Source: Lingula anatina (taxonomy: Eukaryota; Animalia; Brachiopoda). Taken from it: a stretch of 64,000 bases of DNA. The translations under genes and the position numbers were made by a program. Positions 27,169 through 41,190 of this stretch are shown here, in pieces (the stretch's first letter is position 1; each line of letters begins with the position of its first letter). The DNA lies in NCBI GenBank assembly GCA_051362555.1, contig CM120641.1:22382001-22446000 (forward strand), given 5' to 3'. The notes under the pieces are model-generated. The model did not search any database, was not told where the DNA came from, and saw nothing but the letters and a program-made list of their open reading frames with translations.

Positions 27169-27412
27169 AAAATGTGCAGTACGGTAATGGATAATAAATT
27201 TTGAACTCCGGAAAAATAAAACATAATGCTTGGCAAAGCAGACAACTTGTGGTCAAAAATGACATTATTTTATCAAATTTAAACTTCTGCAACTTCAGAG
27301 AACCTCCCATTTCAAGAACTTTGACCAAAATGACCTTTTCTTTATTTTAATTAATTTTTTCTGTAGGCAATTTATGGCACATTATGGTAACTCCAAAATT
27401 ATAACATTTAGT

Positions 27413-28420
27413 CCCTTATATCTCCAAAACTGGCAGAGATAGGTCCATAGTTACTATTGAAGTTGAATAGGAAGTCATATACTGGCAATCTTACTGTGAC
27501 CTTGACATTGACCTTTGACCTACTTTTCACCATGAACTGAACTTTGCAAATTTTGCTTCCCTTTTATCTCCAAAACTGGCAGAGATAGGTCCATAGTTAC
27601 TATTGAACTTGAATAGGAAGTCATATACTGGCAATTTTACTGTGACCTTGAAATTGACCTTTGACCTACTTTTCACCTTGAACTGAACTTTGCAAAATTT
27701 GCTTCCCTTTTATCTCCAAAACTGGCAGAGATAGGTCCATAGTTACTATTGAAGTTGAATAGGAAGTCATATACTGGCAATCTTACTGTGACCTTGAAAT
27801 TGACCTTTGACCTACTTATCACCATGAACTGAACTTTGCAAATTTTGCTTCCCTTTTATCTCCAAAACTGGCAGAGATAGGTCCATAGTTACTATTGAAC
27901 TTGAATAGGAAGTCATATAATGGCAATTTTACTGTGACCTTGAAATTGACCTTTGACCTTCTTTTCACCATGAACTGAACTTTGCAAATTTTGCTTCCCT
28001 TTTATCTCCAAAACTGGCAGAGATAGGTCCATAGTTACTATTGAAGTTGAATAGGAAGTCATATACTGGCAATCTAAATGTGACCTTGAAATTGACCTTT
28101 GACCTACTTTTCACCATGAACTGAACTTTGCAAATTTTGCTTCCCTTTTATCTCCAAAACTGGCAGAGATAGTTCCATAGTTACTATTGAAGTTGAATAG
28201 GAAGTCATATACTGGCAATCTTACTGTGACCTTGAAATTGACCTTTGACCTACTTTTCACCATGAACTGAACTTTGCAAATTTTGCTTCCCTTTTATCTC
28301 CAAAACTGGCAGAGATAGGTCCATAGTTACTATTGAAGTTGGATAGGAAGTCATATACTGGCAATTTACTGTGACCTTGAAATTGACCTTTGACCTACCT
28401 TACAATGAACTTAACTTTGA
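27413..28420 (+). repeat. 146-bp satellite array, about 7 copies
   Basis: TCTCCAAAACTGGCAGAGATAG recurs at 27421, 27567, 27713, 27859, 28005, 28151 and 28297 (period exactly 146); contains the TGACCTTGA...TGACCTTTGACC motif. Confidence 0.95.
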
Positions 28421-28999
28421 TTGCACCATTTTTAGTTATATATATTTTTTGCATATTTTGAAAATTCTTGTTGATTGCATTTTTACAGCTTGTCAAGCAC
28501 AAGACTGATGGCTGCACCCCTTATTTTGTGTATGTGGGGGTCTATACGAATGCGCTTGCTCCAGCTGGTGGTACAATATTCGGAGGCGGTATCGCCTCTC
28601 TGATCCTCTAGTTATATATATGTTTTCGTGTAGCACGTAAATTTTTGCTTTAGTAAATAATAGTACACTGTAGCAGTGTTAATAGTCTACGGGAATTGTT
28701 GTGCTAGTCTTCATGCATGTCAATATTATACATTCCAGGTATACTGACTCATAATCTCTTGTTCACATTCACTATAAAAGTGTGCTAGTAGAACAGAAAA
28801 GACAAAAAGTGACATTTGAAAAAAAGACGGAGGGGAATATCTGCAGGGCAATCAACATCCAGTTTTGGATTTATTTGGCATTAGACTTTGTACATGTATG
28901 CTCTTGAGAATTTCAGAAGCTCTAGAATTTTTGTTTCTGGGGTACCAAAAATTATTAAAATTGTATAATTTTCATGATGATTAACTTCTTGTATTTTAG

Positions 29000-29767
29000 G
29001 TTTACATCATTTCTATTTGAGGCGGCCTGGTATAGGATTGTACTATAGTCTCACTATTGGTGGGCTAGGGACAGGATATATTTTCGACCTCTTTCGCATG
29101 CCATTCCTGGTGAAACGAAGCAACAAGGAACTTGAAGAAGCCTTAAGACAGCCCCAAATCGCATGGAAATATTTTTCTACATGTTATCTAGATGATGCTT
29201 ATTGCTTGATATTTCCACTGGGTTTCCTTGGTCTACATCATTTTTACCTCCGTAGGTTTAAATGGGGCCTGCTGTACTTGTTAACATTTGGTCTTTTTGG
29301 TATTGGTTGGATCATCGATTTCTTCCGCCTTCCAAGTTTGGTGAAAGAAGCAAACCAAGAAAACCAACCATCTCGAGCCCATGGATACCCAGCAACCAAC
29401 TCACCCCTACCATCTTTCCCAGAACAAGTGGTGCCAAACAGTAATCAAAGCCCTGAACATGTTTACCCTAGAATGAATCAAGGTGCGTTTTTCTTCTTGT
29501 TTCAATTATATATATTTCCAACAAATAGAGTAAATACTTTTTAAACTTAGAGTCACTTTAAGTTTTTTTTTTTTTTTTTTTTTTTTTTGACAAGGCATTA
29601 TGAATAACAGGTGACAAAGACATATCAAATAAAATAAAAATTTTGGGTCTTGCATTATTCACATTCAGACGTATACTGATTATCGCTATTCTTTTACATC
29701 AGGTCATGATGCTGCCCCACCACCCCCATATTCAGAGATTGACAGAGGGTCATCACAGGGCCTCTAG
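29000..29767 (+). CDS. Duplicated exons 2-3 of the TM2 gene (alternative terminal exons or a 5'-truncated paralogue)
   Basis: Exons 29000-29482 and 29703-29767 with intact AG/GT sites in the same phases as the parent; open frame; PPPPY kept; TAG at 29765 where the parent has CAG. No exon-1 copy is visible upstream. Confidence 0.7.
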
Positions 29768-30189
29768 TACAACAGAAATTGATGACAAGTCAAACCTGTG
29801 CCTGAAGTAACCTAGATCATCACTGATCCCGCGTTGCATTTTTACCAGCGTGATAAGTTGGAAAAGGGTTATTGGTAGATTACTCTTCTTAGACATCTAA
29901 TGGGCATAGTTTTATAATTAACTTATTAGTCAGTCATCATAATTGTCATGGGAAGCCTATTGAACATTGGGCTATGTATCCCCCTGCAGACTCCATGGGT
30001 GAAATCGGTATAGTGATACTGAAGTGAAGTTTCTGACACAACTTAAAGGGATAATAACTTTTTGTTTTGGCCAAAAAATGAATTTTCCTGGAGTAAACAA
30101 CAATTTTCCCATACTTACTAATGGTTAATGAATCCATTTTTACATTCAAAGTTAGTCCCTGGTTTTTTTCTAAAAAGTTTGTTTTTTGT

Positions 30190-30385
30190 TATAATCTCTT
30201 AAGAGATTATAACAGAGTATAGCCATCGTCACGTGGTCTAAAGACAAGCTCAGATATCAGAATAATAGCTATAACTGCAGTTTTTGTGGTACAACAGAAT
30301 AAATTATATTTCTATGAGTTATTCACAATGTTTTTTATTGTAAAATATAGGTCTGATACGAAGAGTTATTATCCCTTTAAAATGA
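30190..30385 (+). repeat. Old dispersed repeat; second copy at about 34890-35085
   Basis: Both begin TATAATCTCTTAA, share CAAGCTCA...TCAGAATAA and ATTATATTTCT, and end GAAGAGTTRTTATCCCTTTAA. Confidence 0.6.
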
Positions 30386-31841
30386 TATCATTCAATCTGA
30401 CTGAGACTTGATGTTACATGAGGAGTATATATTTTTTTTACTCAGAACAATGTGTTTACTCTCAGGGTCAACAGCCTTTAAGGCCTTAAGATTCTTTATA
30501 AATCAGCTTTATCTGTGCAAATTTAAGTAGGCCAAGTACATGTAAATATTGCCTGCCTTACAGTCCCATTGTGTACTGCAACTTCTGTTATGCCAAGCCC
30601 AAAAAATGTAAATATGGAAGTTATCTTTGTTGTGAATTTTATACCAAGTACTATTGTTCATTAGTGTCATAGTGGTGATTTCACGACCAAACCTCATTAA
30701 AAACTTTCACATTTAAATCAAATTAAATCAACATGTGGTAAAAATTGTTCAGATGTCTCAATTTTAATATTACATGAATCTGTTAATGTATTTTATTTAT
30801 TGGAAAGAACTGTAACCAAGTTTTAAAAGGATGTTTTCATTTTAAAAAGAATTGAAAAACTTTATTTATGGCTTCATCTCCTAATTAAAGTTTGTATCAG
30901 GGTCAGTTTAATTATGTTAAAGGTTTCTAATAATATGTCTTAATTTTGTAAACTGGCTTTGATATCTCTGCCTTTCTTTAGGAATATTTTGTGTGCATTA
31001 GTACATAAGGAGAATTTTGTATTGTAATCAGAGAAAGATCAGGGATTGGAGATCAGAGATCATCAAAGTAAGTTTGGTCAGTGGAACCAATAGCTGGATT
31101 GTCCCAGTCTTAGGAGACTCCTGATCTCTCAGCCAGAAAAATAAACATAGAGATAAGTCAGTTAGTAGTTGATCTTTGGAAAAAATATCATAGCCCTTGT
31201 TTTATTTGCTGGAGAAGTAGCTCAGACCAAGTGTCCATTGTGATATTAGAATCAAAACTTTGTTGGAAAGTGGCACATAGCAAGGCAATGTCCTGTAATA
31301 TATTAGTCAATCGTATTTTCAGAAAAATATGCTATTCTCATTATAATAACATTCACTATTTTTTTCCTTCTAGTCATAATCTATAACAGACTGGTGTGAA
31401 GACAAATGTTTGTTCAGAAGCATTATTGCAATTAAGAAACAGGACCTTATGATCATTAAAATCTGTATTTTTATGATAGGTCCTATTCTTCACACCCCAT
31501 CACAAGCACTACAATTGTAAGATCAATACTTTATTTACCACTATCTCTTAAATATTACTTGACATGATACTGATGAATAAAGAACTTTTTACTATGGAAT
31601 TTTAAGTAAGGTATGCAACAACATGATATCAAATATCTTGAGCTAGAGACAAGAGTCATCCGATCAACTAATTGAAAGTAAATTGAAATTTCACAGAAGG
31701 TGATGGGGTTCTTGAACAATAAATTCAGCTATGATTATTAATAGCATTGCAAAAAATCATTGTTGATTTAATATTTCATAACCTAGGTTATTATGGTTCC
31801 CTTCAGCCTCTTATGGGATGTCTTTCTGCTGTTCCTATGCT

Positions 31842-33314
<1,473 letters not shown>

Positions 33315-33571
33315 CGTGTTGCCTATTTAATCAGAGTCAGATTTGTATAAGTAATCGAGTTTCGCAATTTTTGTACATAAATTTTCCTCGTAAGAAGAGG
33401 CATATCAACTGTTATTTTAGGTAAAATGAAAAGAATGTAATTGAAATTTTTTTTATAATGCGCACCGTAGTCTGGAATTCGAAAATATTTTATTTATTGA
33501 AAGTCAAGGTCGCATAAATTGGGTCAGCTGTCAAGAACAGGAAACATGAGAGTTGTCGTTGCTCTTCTAAC
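33315..33571. promoter_or_regulatory. Putative bidirectional promoter between HINT1 and the RabX1-like gene
   Basis: Divergent start codons only about 260 bp apart. Confidence 0.65.
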
Positions 33572-36500
33572 ATGAAGCAGATTGAAGCAAAAATTGTAGT
33601 ACTTGGCTCTCAGGGTAAGGAAATAACGTACAGTAGGCTACAAGAGGGAGCGTTAGATTTCTAGAGCAAGAATATGTGTATACTTTAACTGAAAAAATTA
33701 CCATAGTTTTAGGATGGGTACTGCGTATGTGTTACCCTTGCTCTCTCAACCCCACTTGTTGCACTTGAGGGAATAACATCGTCTCATGACTCCTGAGCAC
33801 GTGCATAAACAACACCTGGTGCTATCGGTATCTTTAAAGGCTATCTTATCCCAAAATTTCCCATTTTATCGCTGCGTAATTTAGTTTGGGGTTTAATTTA
33901 AGGCGATCTTTTTCAAATGCTGCATTATTTTTAGCTTGCTTTTTCTGTCTCTATCACTCCTATTCAAATTTTCTGTATTTACTGAGCATGCTAGAGCTAA
34001 AGATAGGTAGGTGTAGATAACTTTGTTATTCTGATTCAGCTTCAAGTCACAGAGCCAAGCATGTGCCATTTGCTTTTCCTCTCAATTTAACACATATTAC
34101 AAATATTTAAGCCAACAAGTAATAGCCACTAAAAGTGCTGTAGGTTAATTAGTTAAGATTATCAACTCTTTTACCAGTAAAGCTGCAATAAAATTTTAAA
34201 ATTAATGAAGGCTATCATCCACATAATACAGTATGCAAGAAATTTTTACAAGTGATATTTTCAGCCCCAAAACAAACTGCTGGGCAGAATGTTCATCAAA
34301 CAAAAGATTACCTTTAAATTAAAATACAATAAATTGTTTACTTGTAAAAATATACAATATTGGGAATCCATTACCCTGCTTGAATCAAGTTGTGTTATAA
34401 ACTTTATAAAGTACCAATAGTAAGAATTGAACAGATTGAAAGAGATCTGCTCCTGTGAAGTTATTTGTTGCAATAACAAAGGTAAGACAATGAAAATAAT
34501 TTATTAAGGACATCCTTTCTGTAGTCTCACATGACATCACTCAGTACGTGGTACTGACAGCCTTATCTCAAATGTTTTTTATTGGTGTATGAAGACTTAT
34601 CTGCAGGTAGTTGATGTCAAATACACTAGTTAAACTGTTACATAGTGTGTGGGCATCTTTTTGAATGCTTTTTTTACTACATTATGACAAAAAGGTTAAA
34701 GATAGGTCAAGCAATTGTTAGCTACATGTGGTACTCACTTATTTACTTACTTAACAAAATAACAAAAGTATCATAAAGCAGTTTTTCCTGAGGTAAACAA
34801 AAATTTTCATATTCTTTTAACTTTCCAGTAATTAATGAATTCCTGTGGACATTCACAGTTAGTTGATTGTTTTTTAAGTGTGCTTTCTGTATAATCTCTT
34901 AACAGATTTACTGAGGATAGTCATCTGTGAATGTCCATGCAGTTTCAGTGGCAAGCTCAAGTTTCAGAATAAACACTGTTTTGGTGGTAAAATGGAATTT
35001 ATTATATTTCTGTGTGTTGATTACAATGTATTTATTGGGGAATTTTGAATCTCATGTGAAGAGTTGTTATCCCTTTAATACAGCAACAGTATTATAACAC
35101 TTTTCATTTATACATTCTTACACTATACTATTCCACTAGAGAATAATGAAACTCATTGGAGAGAGGCAATCTGAGATGATTTTCAGTATATACTGCACCT
35201 ATTAGTCTTCACTCCAGTGCTGCATTGATAACAAAAGAAGGAGACTATATGTGTATCAGATTTGTTCTTTGCAGACATAGTGTTTTAGTTGCCCAATAAA
35301 TCATTAATATTTATTTGATATTCTAGGAGTTGGCAAAACCAGTGTTGTGACCAGATATGTTACTCAAACATACAAACATGTCAGTCCTACCATTGGGGCC
35401 TCCTTTTTCACCTGCAAAGTGTAAGTCACAATCATCAATCAGATACTTGGTAGATAAACTGTCTGTTTGCTTTGATATTTTTTGGCCTACAAATGTTAAA
35501 TGGCCTAGGTATAATTTGTATTATATACCAGATTCTCAAAATGATTTTTCAGATTTTGCATTGAAAACTTCTCATACATTTGTGAATAACCATCTGTCAT
35601 TACACTTCTGGTCATGTGTTTTATAGTTCACTATCAGTATAATTACCTCCATCAGTGTGATTTATGAAGTGTCTTCTGTAGTCAGATTGACAAATCAGCT
35701 TCAGAGACAGAGTAATATACTGTAATTTTAGTTAAAGCATGGATGATGATGGACTGTCTTAATTTATTGTTTAGAACACCAAGATTATCCTGTATTATTT
35801 GGTAGAAATCAATATGCTTCAGTTACTAAAATTCTCTTGATAAAAAAGTAGAAATATCAGGATTAAATGTGTACTTTTCAGGACCATAGGGGACTACAGA
35901 GTGAAAATGAGTGTGTGGGACACAGCAGGTCAGGAGAGGTTCAGATCTATGGTACGTAGCAGGAGCTTCACATGTCTTGTTGCTGTGGTGAGCTTCACAT
36001 ATCATATTTCCTTGGTGAACTTCACGTGACATGTTGCCTCATTTGAGTAATATGAGTGGAGTGAAGCCCCATGTATTGTTGTCTGCCTATGCTTTATTGC
36101 TATTGATCTGCCACACCTATAAAATAGAACTTAGATATCTTTTATATGGATTTTTGTAATTTTGCTATGATGGTGTCTGCCCAGATAGAGAAACTTATTT
36201 GTAAATATATGTAGCTCATTATCTGAGTCCCTTACCCCTTATCTTAAACATATATAAACAGTTGATTACACCTACTGGGCTGGACTCCAAGAGCTATTTC
36301 TGTGACTAGGTCATTTGGAGGCTACTAATCAGAGTTGTACATTGAATGTATGTGCTGATTATGTAACTATATTATTATCACTGTCATTCCAGGCTCCCAT
36401 GTATTACAGGAAAGCCAATGCTGCAATGCTTGTATATGATATTTCTAATAAAGACTCTTTTGATGATATAAAAATGTGGGTCAATGGTAAGTAGTGGTTC

Positions 36501-37898
36501 TGCACATATCTGTATTTAACTTGTAGTAATACATATATAATTTTAAACTGTCTGTAACATCAGGCAACATTTAAGATACAAGATATTTGAAAAATAATAT
36601 TGTCCCCAAATATTGTTAAACAAGAAAAGTACCAATTTTTGTCAACCATCAAACTTATTTTATAGGGATAAAGTATTACATAAGTACAAAATCAAATGTT
36701 GCATAAAGAAAAAAAAATGTTCATTGCCAACAGCAGTACTTAGGAATAATGAAAAATACACAATTTATATTGATGATAAATAATTAACTTGAGTAATTTT
36801 TTATATTTCAGAGTTGAAGAAGAACATTGACAGCTATGTAGGTAAGGTGTTAAAATTACATAGAAGATGGAACAAGTGCTTCCTTTTCCTTTATCAGAAA
36901 CAAAAATACATGCCCCTGCATTGATGTTCCAGAATATTGCTAGAAAATGAATAACTGTTTAACTGTTATACATTGTATTTTGCAGCAACATGCATGTAAA
37001 TGCCCAGTTATGCTTTTTGCTTGAAAAATACCGGTGTATCTCTCTTTATCCCCACTCCATTTCGATAGAACTTTGGGATTAGAATTCCATACAATGATAC
37101 ATTGTAAGATGGTCATTTATGGAGTTGTAAGAATTGTTTTTACTTTTGCTAATTAATAGTTTTTTTCCAAATTTTAGTTCTCTGTTTACTTGGAAACAAA
37201 TGTGATTTATCCGAAACAGAGCGGGAGGTGAAGACGGACGAGGCTCAGGAGTATGCTGCTTCCATTGATGCCCTGTTCTATGAAACATCTGCTTTATCAG
37301 ACATAGGTGAAGTTGTTATAGAATTTTTTTAATCTGTGTAATGTGTAGTGTTTCAGCTGATAATATTGTTCTTTTTGCAGATAAACTGCAAACGTTATGT
37401 ACTGATATCATTGAGAAAAAACATTGTTAGATCAAAGATTCTGTACATTTGAAATTGTTACGTTTTACAATGTGAGATTTTGCTGTTGTTGCTGATTATG
37501 ACATAGAAAATGCAATAGTTTCTTTATCATGCATGAATACATCTCTATTGAATTAAATGCAGCTTGGTGAATAAACAAGACACAACTGTTCTAAGCTAAA
37601 CATACCCAGCATAGCTGGCATCAGTTATTTCTGTCAAAATAGTTAACATCAAACTATTTAACAACTTTTACTTCTCACTTTACATTGACAAGTTGTCATC
37701 TTTCCAGGTATTCAGGATGCTTTCATGAAAGTTGGAAAAAAATTAATAGACTTGATAGAAAACCGACCTGATCTTCACATAGAGGGATTGGAACAGTATA
37801 ATATAAGACAAAATGGAGAACTTGCTGGAAACCAGGCAGAGGGGTCTGTACGTCTAGAAAATACGACAGAGGAAAAGAAAAATTGTTGTGGGAGATGA
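33572..37898 (+). CDS. Rab5-clade small GTPase, RabX1/Rab50-like (often annotated Rab31-like)
   Basis: Exons 33572-33614, 35327-35420, 35882-35951, 36393-36486, 36812-36841, 37178-37306, 37708-37898. Translation: [20 protein letters not shown]...[12 protein letters not shown]...[23 protein letters not shown]...GNKCDL...ETSAL...KKNCCGR*. All G motifs and a CC prenylation site are present. Confidence 0.9.
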
Positions 37899-39123
37899 CA
37901 TCTTTCATTGATATACAGTGATAAAAACAAATTTCTGAGATACTCAGTTTTCCCTGGGGTTTAACCATTTATCCATGCTACAATTACCTCAAACCAGCAA
38001 AATTAATGAAACCATGGTTTTGTTTGTAAATGGTTTAGTACAATTCCTGGGTGGAAAGTGGCCATGGTGCTGAATGGTTTTCCAAGTCAATGACCTTAAT
38101 AATGTAATAGAGAATTAGTTTATTACATGTATATATAATAAGACAAATGATGAAAATATATGTTGTGATACATGTTCAGGTTGATTCTGTCTAGTTTTAT
38201 AAGATCATTCCAGTTAACAATGGATGATTTGGAATGATGAGAAAAGTACAGTTCAACTTGACTGCAAAATTTATCATAAATCTGCCTCAAATATTTTTTC
38301 TTAGAAGAGTTACAAATGTATGTAGTGTGTGGGCATATTCATCAGCTCAAAAAGACAGACATAGTACAAGTTACCAGTTTTAGGTTACATGGAGAGAGTC
38401 AAGTGTTTAAAAACACATACTCTGCCTGTGTTTCTTTGCATATTGTGATCCTGACATCATGATATTTGGGTTGTCTTGGGAAAAATAAGTTAGTAATCAC
38501 TGGAGCTTGGGCAATTGCGTTTGGCTGTCTTTAAGTCCAATTACCATTCCTGTTTGTAGTCAAAATGCACTGTATCAAAACCTGAAGAGGTAAAGAAAAT
38601 GGGAAATCTGTTTTTTTTTTTTTTTTTTTTGAGTTGATGCATACGAAGAAGTTTGAGTTTAGAGAAATCAGCATTTGTGGTTTTGTGGAGGATCTTGTAT
38701 CAGTTTTAGCTGATATTTGGGGGCTTCCACTCTGGTAAAAAATTCATCTTCCATTCCATTGCTAGTGTCAGGTTTTTCAATGAGATTACTTTTTTAACCA
38801 TCTTGTCTTGCCCATCTAGTCTCTGTTGCTTCTTGAGATGTCAGATAATTATGAATTTCAGATCAACGGGTATTTTTGGTATAACATGGCATTGATAGTA
38901 GAAATCCTTAGTAATATGTAGACTTAAGACATGCACAAAATCATTTCATGCTGGTCATGGTGTTAAAATTTGGCTCATTAGTAGAGTCTTAGTTTTTGAG
39001 AAATCAGTACCAGCTTTTTTTTTTCACCTTGTAAAGGTGCTTTGTGCTAATAATGCTTATATGTAGAAAATGGGACCAATTAAAATTTTTGATTCATCGT
39101 GTGCAATTCATTCTGTCTAATTC

Positions 39124-39125
39124 TT

Positions 39126-39176
<51 letters not shown>

Positions 39177-39178
39177 TT
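39124..39178. repeat. (TTTA)n microsatellite
   Basis: Tetranucleotide run; a similar (TAAA)n lies at about 43252-43292. Confidence 0.9.
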
Positions 39179-40029
39179 TTTCACCAGTTGTACTCCCTTG
39201 TGCTGTCTGTTTTACAGAGAAGTTTTACATCAAGATATCTTTGCAGATTGTTCTCCAGATTTGAAAATAAATTTTTTGTATAGATTTGACCAAATTGAAG
39301 AGGGGGTGGGTATAATGTATTTAGATAAGATATTTGTGTGCAGATTAGAAGATAAAATGGATTACTTTTTAGACAGATTCGGGGGAATTGCAGGAGACCA
39401 GCTCAGGTGGTGTGAATGCTGTAGGCTACTGGGCTTGCTTTGAATATACATGTAAAATGACTTGTGTTCCAGTCTGGAGTTTTGACAATATGTCTCTTAC
39501 TGGGTGTCTCCTTCCTTTTTTTGGGGGGGTGGGTTGGATTTGGGGAGGGGGGGAATGACAAATAATTGCCTGTTTTTGTATAATTGTAGTGTTTTCTCAG
39601 TGCTAGTTGCTGTTATGTGATGTATTGCTTAAGTGTGCATCAAAGATTTACATTTTCAGATCTTTAAATTAAAACTAACATTTTAAAATAATCTGTATTT
39701 TGAATTGAAATTGTATACATGTTATTGTTAAACATATATTTCTGTTATGTATGTATATGACATTAAGAAAATGTTTATCAAACAATAATCTGAAAATAAA
39801 CAGTACATTGTGAAACATTTTCTTGGTATTAAGAGATTGAAAGATCTTGCTCTATTTAAAGTTAGTATTTATGGGCTTACTGTAATGCTATCACTAAAAA
39901 TTCTACATTACAGTCCCCACTAGCTGTAAAGGCTAAGTCTTTTTGTACCTGATGACTCTTTTTCCAACATTATTGAAAAAAACTGAAAAGAGCAGGGGTT
40001 TCTGTAAATGAACTCGTACGAAAATTATG

Positions 40030-40160
40030 TGTTAGCAATAAGATCTACACTTGAATATGCCTGCCAAATTTGGCACCCATATATTACAAGACAAAAAAGT
40101 GACAAGATTGAAGCAATCCAGAAAAGAGCATATGAAATCATATACCCAGATACTCGATAT
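40030..40160 (+). mobile_element. Non-LTR retrotransposon (LINE) ORF2 fragment
   Basis: IRSTLEYACQIWHPY...DKIEAIQKRA matches the conserved post-RT motif (RPxLEYxxxVWxP...LExVQxRA) of CR1/L2/Jockey-type LINEs. Confidence 0.75.
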
Positions 40161-40639
40161 GATATTTCTGAAAGTAACACTTACTATCAGAAGAGATGGC
40201 CTTTCAAAAACATTACTCCACAATATGACCAACACAGTCTATAAGTTGTTCCTTAATATTGTTTCAAAGCATTTCCATTTTTGCAAGTGTAATTTCTGTT
40301 TACACATTTTCAATTACTAAAATAGTATTAATTAATTAAAATATTGAAGACTGTTAACCACACTAAATGCGCCAAAATTTTTGAAAGTTGTCAGTTAAAA
40401 GTACAACTCTTTGTCCTGTCAGAACAATTTATAACTCCTAACCAATAGGAAGGACTGTATTACTGGTAATAAGGTAATTTGACCTCGGTGTTTGGATGGG
40501 ACTGGCTTGACTTCCGAGCTGTACTCAAGTTAACTGACTCAAAGGTAATTGCTTTGGGACATTTGGAGTTCGAAACAGTCCCAATATTTTACAGTCACAA
40601 AAAATGAAAGTGAAATTATAAGTTACTATAGAAGTCTGA

Positions 40640-41190
40640 TCAAAAGTAAAATTTTGATATTTGACCTTGGATTTGACATTTTACCTATATTTCAAGCTCT
40701 AATGAGCCAAAATTATGTAAAATGTTAATTTTGTGTGAAAAATGTTTCTGCCAATTTTGGTAGACCTAATATTTTGGTGAAAAATTACACTTGGGGTCTC
40801 CATTCAACTTTGTGAGTTTGGGGTCAATCGGTTTGTTTGTGCCAATTTTCGGAAACTACAGACTTATGCTTTTACAATTGGGGTCTCCTTTCATCTTTTT
40901 GAGTATATCAGTGCATTTTCACATAAGCAGCAGCCATTTGATGCCAAAACTGGAAGCACTAATTCTGGAACCATAAAAGCTACTGACCCCTTGCTTGCTG
41001 CATTTTGTAAAACTTGTCAAGTGCAACAATGGTAGTGGTGTCTGTTCATTTTTTGTTCCCACTATCCCCTTTCCTGGATTATGACTGTCCCCCAATTTTT
41101 AAAAATCTCATTGATGTAAAGAATTGAAAATGAATGGGCTGGTAGTTTCAGCTTTAATCGCGTATTGTCAGCTTTGGACAGTTATATAAC
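40640..41190 (+). mobile_element. Degenerate relative of the HINE internal sequence
   Basis: TTGGGGTCAATCGG, GCATTTTCACA..AG.AGC.GCCAT, CTAATTC.GGAACC and GCATTTTGTA...TGT.AAG..CAACA.TGG.AGTGGT are collinear with 25830-25980. Confidence 0.6.

Larger units (their letters stand above)
26140..28612 (+). mobile_element. Complete non-autonomous Helentron (HINE/DINE-like) element of about 2.47 kb
   Basis: 5' TTT followed by sub-TIR TACCACCAGC inside the hairpin ACCACCAGCGTTAGCGCTGGCGGT; GTCC-type microsatellite-like stretch at about 26179-26200; internal 146-bp satellite; 3' sub-TIR GCTGGTGGTA (28564-28573); 3' hairpin GAGGCGGTATCGCCTC; terminal CTAGTT. Confidence 0.8.

Noticed and set aside
25819-27328. 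Several duplicated 60-130 aa ORFs
   Set aside because: They lie in non-coding HINE sequence, are frameshifted between the two copies, and show no Rep or helicase motifs.
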